Origin: an uncultured bacterium
GTDB lineage: Bacteria; SAR324; NAC60-12
Reading direction: 5' to 3'
NCBI GenBank assembly: GCA_964010765.1
Contig: CAXGMD010000063.1
Location: 1-20,897, forward strand
Length of the DNA stretch: 20,897 nt
Below are positions 1 to 7,647 of the stretch, piece by piece. The notes under the pieces were generated by a model. That model was not told where the DNA came from. It searched no databases and was given only the letters and a program-made list of their open reading frames with translations. The position numbers and the translations under genes are program-made. Each line of letters begins with the position of its first letter. Position 1 is the stretch's first letter.

Positions 1-61
1 CTGCGGTGTTGGTCAAGTGGCGCAGGGCGGTCATGGATGCAATGTTGTGATTCACTCGCAT
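1..61 (-). CDS. fliC: Flagellin, N-terminal fragment (continues beyond left edge)
   Basis: Reverse strand from ATG at 61 reads MRVNHNIASMTALRHLTNTA, a typical flagellin N-terminus (M-R-I/V-N-H/T-N-I-A-S/A). SD AGGAG at 68-72 (minus). Not in the ORF track. Confidence 0.88.
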   Translation of the reverse strand, partial: MRVNHNIASMTALRHLTNTA

Positions 62-505
62 GGCTAACTCCTAAAGCTCATGATTGATTCGGCTGGACCG
101 AATATGGCAGTCAATTGCCAGATTTAAAAAAATCGTTGTTATTCAAATTATTTAAATAGATTATAATTAATCAGATTTTCTCTGATAAATTATATTTTTC
201 AGAGAAAAATGCTTTTGATCGTTTCGCTTCAGGCTGCTCTCGTCAACCGATTCTGCAAAACAGGTCGAAGCAGACAGTTAGCAATGATCTGTAGGAAGCT
301 ATGCTTGAAAATTTATTTGCCAAAGCAAACAAATATCTGAGCCAGGCTGAGACTCTGTTCAGCAGAATAATTCCTACACAGATTTGCGTAGGCTTCACAA
401 ATCCTATTGTCTAGCAAACACAACAGCGTGTTGTCTGCAATTAGATAGGGCTAAGTCTCAGGTAACTTCCTTTGCTCTATTTAAATAATCGAAGAACCCT
501 CAAAC

Positions 506-523
506 TACTCTGGAATGGATCGC
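506..523 (+). repeat. Left arm of perfect 18-bp inverted repeat TACTCTGGAATGGATCGC
   Basis: Exact reverse complement of 1400-1417; extends to 22 bp with one mismatch (502-523/1400-1421). Confidence 0.95.
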
Positions 524-1399
524 AAGAGGTACTGCCTTCGATCAAGCACAAACAAATTGATTTCTGTTCACCAAGAAGAGATTCAGATCAATTGGCAATT
601 TCCCGGATTGCTAATTAGGTATCTACAGTTCTTCAAAACGAACAGAACGAGCTGCTTTATTCTTCCAAGAAAACAGAAGAATTCTGCTCAAAGCGAGACT
701 GAAGTATATTATAAACAGTCTCCCATTCAGCAGGCAGGATTATCGTGTGCGAGATAGCCCTGCAAACTTATATCGTGATTTTATGCCTACCAGGATGAAA
801 CTTGGCAAAGTGTTTCTGAGCGGCTTCACTTCTTTGACAAGATCTGCTTCTACAGAAGCTGTATGTACTTCACAAATGCAGATCACCTAGCCAGAGTTGG
901 GCAACTTTGCTTTATAAAAATGTTTCAGGACAGAATTTAGTGTGCCAATGCTTTCAGCTATACAGGCGAAAGCCACTGTCATAACCTTGTTGCTGCGAAC
1001 TGATCAAAGCTGCTTGTGCCAAGGCCCTTTGGCGTTCAGCACAGAAAAATTAGCTATTGATCTTCAAAGCAAAGTAGCTGCGAATGTCCGTGCCAGAGCC
1101 ATTCGGCTAGCAGGACGCGGTGAACCGATCTAGTTCAGCATTGCAGAGACGGGTAGCGTTTGCCATTGGCCAAACAAGCTTCAAGAAGCGATGTTGGTTC
1201 CGTCAGGAAGCGGGTTCATCCCGGGTGCTAGCAGGAAACTCTGTTAGCACGTTTCGGCAGCTGAGATCTTTGCTCAAGCTTGCCTTGGCATTTTAGTTCA
1301 AAGAACGAAGACAGTTTTTGGTAGTTTCAAACTACCTGTTTGCTAGAGATCATCCCTAATACTGATGGGAATTCAGTTTTTTCGGGGCATCTCAAGCAG

Positions 1400-1417
1400 G
1401 CGATCCATTCCAGAGTA
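1400..1417 (-). repeat. Right arm of perfect 18-bp inverted repeat (GCGATCCATTCCAGAGTA on +)
   Basis: Exact reverse complement of 506-523. Confidence 0.95.
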
Positions 1418-1432
1418 CTTTCTTAAATAACA

Positions 1433-1459
1433 ATATCGGCAGAAGGCCGAATTTCTTTA
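1433..1459 (-). promoter_or_regulatory. Sigma-28 (FliA) promoter, proximal
   Basis: Minus strand reads TAAA-N15-GCCGATAT (consensus TAAA-N15-GCCGATAA), oriented toward flagellin. Confidence 0.8.
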
Positions 1460-1502
1460 GTCTTTTCTCACCTAAACATAGATGGGGAGAGACTTGATAA
1501 AG

Positions 1503-1529
1503 TTATCGGCAGAGAGGGCAGAGACTTTA
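1503..1529 (-). promoter_or_regulatory. Sigma-28 (FliA) promoter, distal
   Basis: Minus strand reads TAAAGTCT...GCCGATAA with exact 15-nt spacing after TAAA, a perfect consensus, 70 bp from the proximal copy. Confidence 0.85.
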
Positions 1530-1548
1530 GCGATAATTGAGAGGAATT

Positions 1549-2100
1549 TCAGAGGAAATGTGGATGGCGGATTTGGACGAGTTCCCCTGGCCACTGCAGG
1601 TACTGTTGCCAGCGGGGGTCAGGGACTGTGATCTGCATTTGCTTGACAGCATGCACCATCTCCCAGTAGTCAAGTTCTCGCGGCTCACGTAGCGGTCGAA
1701 TATCAGTTCGTTGTCCCTTACGGCGATTGCATCCCCGGCAGCAAGTGACGATGTTCTCCCAGGAATTCCGCCCCCCATGGCTCCGAGGCAGCACATGGTC
1801 ACAGGTCAGTTCAATCACAGGAAAACTCTTCCCACAATACTGACAACGATGCAGATCCCGAATAAAAATATTGCGCTTGGTGAAATTAACGCGGAGCCGG
1901 GCCCGATGGTATTCATGGAGAATCACCACGCTGGGAATCTTGATGCGTGTTGAAGGAGAACGGCATTCGTGAGCATACCATTCCAGCACATCAATCTTGC
2001 CAAGATAGTAAGATTTGATACCCCACTTCCAGCTCACCACGCTGAGTGGATTCCAGCGATAGGGCTGGACATCAGCGTTTAGAACCAGAACTTCTCCCAT
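1549..2100 (-). CDS. HNH endonuclease (McrA-like/HNH_5 family, zinc-binding)
   Basis: N-terminal VLVLNA...PL, IPSVV, RD.HRCQYCG, TCDHVLPRSHGG..SWENIVTCC..CN.RKG; SD GGAG upstream. Confidence 0.92.
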   Translation of the reverse strand: MGEVLVLNADVQPYRWNPLSVVSWKWGIKSYYLGKIDVLEWYAHECRSPSTRIKIPSVVILHEYHRARLRVNFTKRNIFIRDLHRCQYCGKSFPVIELTCDHVLPRSHGGRNSWENIVTCCRGCNRRKGQRTDIRPLREPRELDYWEMVHAVKQMQITVPDPRWQQYLQWPGELVQIRHPHFL

Positions 2101-2145
2101 GGCATGTTCTCCGCTGGGGTTTCAGTCCGGCTGGAAAGGGACCGG

Positions 2146-3891
2146 CTAGGCTGGGATGGATGGTGATTCAGGAAGTAGGTTTTCGATGGCTTGGTCTTCT
2201 ACCGTGATACTTAGAACTTCTTCCAGCGTAGTCAACCCTGCGCGAATTTTCTGGATTCCATCCATTCGCAGTGTGATCAAACCGTGGCGCAATGCAACTC
2301 GCTTGATCTCGTTGGCATCACTGCTCTTAAGAATCACATCCTTGATGGAATCGCCCATGATCAACAATTCGTGTAGGCCCAATCGCCCTCGATAACCTGT
2401 TTCGCGACAAGCTGGACAACCTCGACCTCGGTAAAATGTTGTATTGACTTGGCTTGTACCAAGACCTAACTCACGTAACTGCTCTGGATGAGGTTCATAG
2501 GGTTCTTTGCAGGAAGAGCAGATTTGACGCACCAAGCGCTGAGCCAAGACTCCAATGATGGTTGAAGAGACCAAGAAGGGCTCTACGCCCATATCAATCA
2601 AACGAGTGATTGTTGCAGGGGCGCTGTTGGTGTGGACAGTGCTGAAAACCAAATGTCCCGTCAGAGCAGCCTGGATGGCAATCTGAGCAGTTTCTGCATC
2701 TCTCATCTCACCTACCATCACTACATCAGGATCCTGGCGCAATACTGAGCGAAGAGCACGTGCGAAGGTAAGACCCAAACGTGAGTTGACCTCAATCTGG
2801 CTGTAACTCGGAATCTTGTATTCAACTGGATCTTCAATAGTAATTACGTTGCGCGCCTGGCTATCAATTTCTCCAAGCGATGCATAGAGTGTGGTTGTCT
2901 TTCCGCTTCCGGTTGGCCCTGTCACTAGCACGATTCCACCAGACTTTTGAATCATCGAACGGAACGGTTTGAGGATATTCTCACTCAATCCCAACTCATT
3001 CAGACGCATCAGCTTGCTGCTCTGGTAGAGCAAACGCATCACGATTTTTTCACCATGTACTGTAGGGATGGTAGAGACCCGGATATCGATCTTCTTACCC
3101 GCGATCAGGACCATTGTTCTACCATCCTGTGGTAGACCTTTCTGGGCGATATCGAGCCGCGACATTACTTTGACGCGGTTCACGACCGTCACATGAACCT
3201 GTCGCGGCAGGGTGGTCACCTGATGCAAAACACCGTCAATTCGGTAGCGAACGACTGTTGACTTTGGAGAGGGATCAATGTGCACATCACTCGCTTCATC
3301 TTTTGCGGCTTGCCAGAGCAGGCTATTGACCAGTCTTTTGATTGGCTCCTCATCGTTGGCTTCCAACAAGTCTTCTGGTTCTTCCACACCCAGAATACTC
3401 TCAAAATTCTCTTGGTCATCTAGATTATCCACAGCTTCTTCAGTAGCAGCTGAAGTACCGTCATAAACCTGATTGATTAGATCGATGATTGCCTGGTGGT
3501 GGGAGATCACCGGTTGGTAACGCAGTCCCCAAGTACGGCATAGATCATCCAGCAGATCTGTACGTGCAGGGTTTTCAACGGCTACTTGCCAGATTCCATC
3601 GGCATAGGCGAAAGGGCAAAAAACAAAATTTTTGAGATGTCGGATAGAGACTTTATCTGAAAAGCCTTCTGGTAACTGAGGAACATCAAAATTGTCGCGA
3701 TATTCTAACTCATAATACCGTGCCAGTGCCTGTTGCAACACCGTCTCGGTCGTGAGCTTCTGCTTGATGGCAGCATTCTTCCAATCTTCCCAACGGATAC
3801 TCGCAGGCATCTCTGCCTGTAGTTGCTCTAGCTTCTCAGAAACAACCCCAAAGTCAGTCGTCAGAATTTGGGCAACGTGCGTGAAGGGCAT
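2146..3891 (-). CDS. gspE: Type II secretion / type IV pilus assembly ATPase (GspE/PilB family)
   Basis: ASDVHIDP, RYRIDGVL, PQDGR, Walker A GPTGSGKTT, TIEDPVEY, LRQDPDVVMVGEMRD, GHLVFSTVHTN, and two CxxC zinc motifs. Confidence 0.92.
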   Translation of the reverse strand: MPFTHVAQILTTDFGVVSEKLEQLQAEMPASIRWEDWKNAAIKQKLTTETVLQQALARYYELEYRDNFDVPQLPEGFSDKVSIRHLKNFVFCPFAYADGIWQVAVENPARTDLLDDLCRTWGLRYQPVISHHQAIIDLINQVYDGTSAATEEAVDNLDDQENFESILGVEEPEDLLEANDEEPIKRLVNSLLWQAAKDEASDVHIDPSPKSTVVRYRIDGVLHQVTTLPRQVHVTVVNRVKVMSRLDIAQKGLPQDGRTMVLIAGKKIDIRVSTIPTVHGEKIVMRLLYQSSKLMRLNELGLSENILKPFRSMIQKSGGIVLVTGPTGSGKTTTLYASLGEIDSQARNVITIEDPVEYKIPSYSQIEVNSRLGLTFARALRSVLRQDPDVVMVGEMRDAETAQIAIQAALTGHLVFSTVHTNSAPATITRLIDMGVEPFLVSSTIIGVLAQRLVRQICSSCKEPYEPHPEQLRELGLGTSQVNTTFYRGRGCPACRETGYRGRLGLHELLIMGDSIKDVILKSSDANEIKRVALRHGLITLRMDGIQKIRAGLTTLEEVLSITVEDQAIENLLPESPSIPA

Positions 3892-3978
3892 GATAAAAAA
3901 ACCTTAGGCAGGTACTTAGTTTTTCTTGCGAAAACAAACGCTTGACGGTCTTGTAGAACAGCTGTGAGCAAGCGAAGC

Positions 3979-4006
3979 TTGACGCTACAAAGTCTTTTGT
4001 TAGGAT
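3979..4006 (+). promoter_or_regulatory. Putative sigma-70 promoter for the polyprenyl synthase
   Basis: TTGACG-N16-TAGGAT with an extended -10 TG at 3998-3999. Confidence 0.4.
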
Positions 4007-4156
4007 TCAAAAACAATTTATCTATTGAGAATCATTTGCTTTTTTAAATCATTTTCAATCGATAAAACACTGCTAGATTAAAGCAGATTTCGTTAGATTT
4101 TGCCAGAGCGCTTCGGTCAACTCGCACTAGAGCGTCTGCCTCCATTGATTTCATTT

Positions 4157-5164
4157 ATGGCTTACGCACAACTTTCCAGTCCAATTGCGCCGGCAAAAAA
4201 TCTGAGTGAACTACTCACCGAGTGGAAGCCTCAGCTCCAGCAACTGGAAACTCAGATTCTCTCGGGGATGCGCAGCGATATTCCCTTGCTAACCTCAGTT
4301 GCAGAACACATTCTCAGTTCTGGTGGTAAGCGACTTCGCCCAGCGCTGGTATTTCTCAGTGGAGCTCTGGGCTCTGCACATTCTGAGGATTTGCTGGTCG
4401 CTGCTCAAGTTGTTGAATATCTACACACCGCCACATTGCTCCATGACGATGTAGTGGATCAAGCAGATCTGCGTCGTCAACAGGCAGCTGCCCGCACCAT
4501 TTGGGGTAATGAGGCAAGTGTTTTGACAGGCGACTATCTGCTCTCCATGGCTTTCCACCAGCTGACCGGCCTAGGGAATCTGGAATTACTCAAGCTGATG
4601 TCAGACACCACCACTAGGATGGCTCGCGGTGAACTCCTACAGTTGACACGCTCATTCAACAGTGCCAATGAGCAGGAATACTTGGAGATCATCACCAACA
4701 AGACAGCTTGCCTCTTTGCAGCTGCTACACAGATGGGAGGAATCTTGGCTGGACTGCCAGTCAATCAGACCAAAGCCCTCTATGATTATGGAATGCAGAT
4801 CGGACTTGCCTTCCAGATCGTTGATGATGTTCTAGACTACAGCGACAGTAATCGCACTGGCAAACCAGTTGGAACAGACCTGCAGGAACGAAAAATCACT
4901 TTACCTCTCAGCCATCTGCTTGACAAAGCTTCACCCCGTGATCACCAGCGAATCAAGCAAATCCTCACAGCAACCACTATCACAATGGATGATGTGGTTC
5001 ATGTCATTCGTTTGATGGAACGCTATCAATCATTGCACTATGCGCTTGAGAGTGGTCGCCAATTTGTAGCCCAAGCTCAGAGAAATCTTCAGTCGCTTCC
5101 CAACAATCAAATTCGCAACACCTTAGAACAAATCGCAGGCTTCATTGTGCAGCGAGATCTCTGA
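4157..5164 (+). CDS. ispB: Long-chain polyprenyl diphosphate synthase (IspB-like)
   Basis: GGKRLRP, first aspartate-rich motif LLHDDVVD..LRR, KTA, second motif FQIVDDVLD, GKPVGTDL. ATG 4157 preferred over TTG 4100. Confidence 0.88.
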   Translation: MAYAQLSSPIAPAKNLSELLTEWKPQLQQLETQILSGMRSDIPLLTSVAEHILSSGGKRLRPALVFLSGALGSAHSEDLLVAAQVVEYLHTATLLHDDVVDQADLRRQQAAARTIWGNEASVLTGDYLLSMAFHQLTGLGNLELLKLMSDTTTRMARGELLQLTRSFNSANEQEYLEIITNKTACLFAAATQMGGILAGLPVNQTKALYDYGMQIGLAFQIVDDVLDYSDSNRTGKPVGTDLQERKITLPLSHLLDKASPRDHQRIKQILTATTITMDDVVHVIRLMERYQSLHYALESGRQFVAQAQRNLQSLPNNQIRNTLEQIAGFIVQRDL

Positions 5165-5617
5165 TTAGCCTTTTCCAGATGCAGCAACAGGTGGCCGGGA
5201 GTGTCGATTGTAAAGTTCGCTCCAACGAGCTACCCGACGTGCAGCCTCATTGACCGTAGCGTTGATGTCTTCGATCTGCAGCGGCTTCTCAAAGTAATCG
5301 TGAGCTCCCCCCTTCATCGCCTGAATCACATGAGAGAGATTACTATGGGCAGTCATAATATAGATCTGCATTAGCGAGTTGATCTCCTTGATCTGCTGCA
5401 TCAATTCCAAACCATTCATCTCTCCCATCATGATGTCTGTAATCACAACGTGGAAAAAGCTCCGCTGCAACATGTTCAGCGCTTCTTCTGCGTTCCGTGC
5501 TGTAGAGACGTGGTAACCTTGTTTGATAATCGTCTTTTGAAGGACTAACCGGATATTCTCGTCATCGTCCACCACGAGGACGTTTAACTCTGATTTGTTG
5601 GAGGAAGCTTTGGCCAT
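5165..5617 (-). CDS. Single-domain response regulator (receiver domain with short C-terminal tail)
   Basis: VLVVDDD, phospho-acceptor TDIMM..MNG, MTA, DYFEKP; no output domain. Confidence 0.9.
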   Translation of the reverse strand: MAKASSNKSELNVLVVDDDENIRLVLQKTIIKQGYHVSTARNAEEALNMLQRSFFHVVITDIMMGEMNGLELMQQIKEINSLMQIYIMTAHSNLSHVIQAMKGGAHDYFEKPLQIEDINATVNEAARRVARWSELYNRHSRPPVAASGKG

Positions 5618-5639
5618 GGGTTCCCGTGGGCTAACAGAA

Positions 5640-6473
5640 TTAGGATTGAAGTTGACGTAGAAATTCCACTCGGTTGGGAGCTTTCATCACGGCATTACCA
5701 ATCAGTAGTGCATCCAGTGGAACCGAGCTGAGGTGTTCAACATCCGCTCTGGAATCGATGCAACTTGCACTAATCAAGCACTTGTCAGCTTGTTGTTTCC
5801 AACGGCGCAACTCAGATTCTTCTCGCCACCATTGCAGGGTTGTTTCGATCGTCCCCTGCAAGTAACCACGCTGCGGTTCTGCAGGTAGAGCGGCTATGGG
5901 ACGATTATTCAATAGCAACACATCCGGATTAATCGCCAAAGCTCTTGGTAATTCTTCTCGTAGAGAGCATTCAACCACTGCGGTCACTCCAATTTCAACA
6001 CAACAATTCACAATTTCACGAAGCTCTTTTTCAGAGAAGTAGTATACCAGAATCAGAGCTGCAGAAGCCCCTCGCAAACGCCCTTCACGTAACTGGTATT
6101 CTCCCAGAATGAATTCCTTGTGCAATCTAGGGAGCATAGTCCGCTGTGAAACTTGCTCTAATAAGTCCAAGCTTCCACCAAAATAACTCTCATCTGTAAG
6201 TACGGACACTGCTGCAGCGCCTCCGGCTTCATATTCCTTTACAATCCCGGGCCAGTCTGGATTCGCCACATTTTGCTGGGCTGGTGACCGCGCTTTGAGT
6301 TCCGCAATCAACGCTGGGCGCTGTCTGGAGCTCAGTGCCTCTCGCCAATCCAGTACTTCTGGAGCTTCTGCCTGCCGCTCTCGCAAGGCAGCAAGAGGAT
6401 GAACACGTTGGCGTTTCTCAATCTCCTGAAGCTTCTGCTGACGCATCCGATCCAGAAAAGTACTTATCGTCAT
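5640..6473 (-). CDS. trpC: Indole-3-glycerol-phosphate synthase family protein (divergent TrpC)
   Basis: LIAELKARSP, GAAAVSVLTDESYFGGS, KEFI, VVE, NNR, DALLIG; several canonical motifs are altered. Confidence 0.75.
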   Translation of the reverse strand: MTISTFLDRMRQQKLQEIEKRQRVHPLAALRERQAEAPEVLDWREALSSRQRPALIAELKARSPAQQNVANPDWPGIVKEYEAGGAAAVSVLTDESYFGGSLDLLEQVSQRTMLPRLHKEFILGEYQLREGRLRGASAALILVYYFSEKELREIVNCCVEIGVTAVVECSLREELPRALAINPDVLLLNNRPIAALPAEPQRGYLQGTIETTLQWWREESELRRWKQQADKCLISASCIDSRADVEHLSSVPLDALLIGNAVMKAPNRVEFLRQLQS

Positions 6474-6509
6474 TTACTGTATCTCTGTGTTAACAAATTT
6501 ATTACCTTA

Positions 6510-6535
6510 CAAGATGCAGAGGGCATGCCCTCTCC
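6510..6535 (+). repeat. Left imperfect inverted repeat flanking the ParA cassette
   Basis: CAAGATGCAGA (6510-6520) plus CCTCTCC (6529-6535) is the reverse complement of 7648-7665, with an 8-nt insertion. It contains the palindrome AGAGGGCATGCCCTCT (6518-6533). Confidence 0.6.
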
Positions 6536-6744
6536 AGAGGCAGACTTTAGGCCGCTAACCGCCTGTAGGACAAGATTTTTTTTAAATAAAATAAAGTGTG
6601 CCCGGAGCTTGCATCGAGTTAATTCTGGAAACTTTAATTTATTCATATAATTTTAATAGTCTTCTGTAATCCTTATTGTCTGCAACGCTTGTTCCGCTCT
6701 GGTCATGGACGTCTGGCGCTGACAGGGAATTAAGAAGAGGTGGC

Positions 6745-7320
6745 TTGATTACAATTTACAATTTCAAGGGAGGAGCCGGTAAGACGAGCTGTGCGATGAA
6801 CATTGCGCTCACCATGGATTATGGTGTGGTGACCAATGATATCTACTCGCCAATTGAAGAAGTCTTTGACAACGTGCTCAAGGTCAGCCCATCAGAAGAA
6901 TTTCCTGATTTTCCAACCGATGCAGAGGTTATCTTTGATCTGGGGGGCTACATCGAAGCACGCAGCATCACGGTGCTACGCAACTCAAAAGTCGTACTTG
7001 TTCCTACTATCAACGAGTATTCAATTTTGCAGACTACAATAAACTCAGTCGCAGAAATTGAAGAATATAATACGAATATCTGCTTGATCGCCAATCGAAC
7101 CAAGCGTGGGGATTATGAAGAGATCCGTCAAATCTTATCCCGATTTTACAAATATCCGATTTTCGAGGTGAAGGAGAGCCAGTCGATTCCTGCCATTTTC
7201 AAGAAGAAGAAGAGCATCAAGGCCATGGTCGAGGAAGGAGGTCTGCAAAAATACCACTTTCAGTACCTGGACCGGCAATTCGACAAGATCATCGAATTCA
7301 TCCGGAGACACTATGAGTAA
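6745..7320 (+). CDS. parA: ParA family ATPase, short plasmid-type (type Ib, no N-terminal HTH)
   Basis: Deviant Walker A ITIYNFKGGAGKTS, VIFDLGG, VLVPT, IANR. Likely start is TTG at 6745 after SD GAGGTG. Confidence 0.85.
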   Translation: MITIYNFKGGAGKTSCAMNIALTMDYGVVTNDIYSPIEEVFDNVLKVSPSEEFPDFPTDAEVIFDLGGYIEARSITVLRNSKVVLVPTINEYSILQTTINSVAEIEEYNTNICLIANRTKRGDYEEIRQILSRFYKYPIFEVKESQSIPAIFKKKKSIKAMVEEGGLQKYHFQYLDRQFDKIIEFIRRHYE

Positions 7321-7555
7321 GGTCAACCTCAAAGATTATAAAAAAGAAAACCGGGGACTATTGCGCAAATCCGTAGAGGAACGCGTGACCTATAAGAAGT
7401 CCGGCCCCAAACCCAAACCCGAGGACGAAAAAAACTCTGCCAAAATTCTCGTTTCTATGAAGCCTGCCGAACGTGAGAGTCTTGAAGAAGCTGCGAATGG
7501 CCGCCCGCTCTCTCAATACATCAAGCACATCCTACGCGAACGTGGTGTCATCTGA
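7313..7555 (+). CDS. Small putative ribbon-helix-helix DNA-binding protein (ParG-like partner)
   Basis: Overlaps the parA stop by 8 nt. Basic, likely flexible N-terminus with GPKPKPEDEK, then a beta-alpha-alpha-like pattern KILVSM-KPAERESLEEAA-PLSQYIKHIL. Confidence 0.7.
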   Translation: MSKVNLKDYKKENRGLLRKSVEERVTYKKSGPKPKPEDEKNSAKILVSMKPAERESLEEAANGRPLSQYIKHILRERGVI

Positions 7556-7647
7556 GCGAACAGGTTTTATCGTAAAGCCTAGCGAAGATGGCAGCACCGT
7601 GCCCTGAGAAAATTTGAATTTAAAACCAGTGTAGAATTATTTTTTGG

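Larger units (their letters stand above)
175..1420 (+). ncRNA. Candidate large structured non-coding RNA; core domain 506-1417, boundaries uncertain
   Basis: No credible ORF and more than 20 stems found by eye. An 18-bp terminal helix pairs 506-523 with 1400-1417. Most non-canonical pairs are G-U when read on +, there are GAAA/GUAA loops, and linkers are A-rich on +. A possible -10 TATAAT lies at 162-167. Confidence 0.6.

Noticed and set aside
105..120. Sigma-54 promoter-like TGGCA...TTGC near flagellin
   Set aside because: GG-to-GC spacing is 9 rather than the required 10 on either strand; better explained as a palindrome or hairpin.
515..757. 80-aa ORF starting inside the left inverted-repeat arm
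   Set aside because: No SD and no recognisable motif; it overlaps dense RNA stems, so it is likely incidental.
942..1133. 63-aa GTG-start ORF
   Set aside because: No SD or homology cue; lies within the hairpin-rich region.
506..1417. Identification as RNase P RNA, tmRNA, group I/II intron, retron or CRISPR array
   Set aside because: No GAGGAAAGUCC, no tRNA-like CCA end, no domain V or P7 consensus, no reverse transcriptase nearby and no regularly spaced direct repeats found.
3425..3433. Perfect DnaA box TTATCCACA
   Set aside because: Single copy inside the gspE coding sequence (V-D-N codons); no cluster.
6523..6550. CTAAAGTC resembling the sigma-28 -35 upstream of trpC
   Set aside because: No GCCGATAA-like -10 at the correct spacing.
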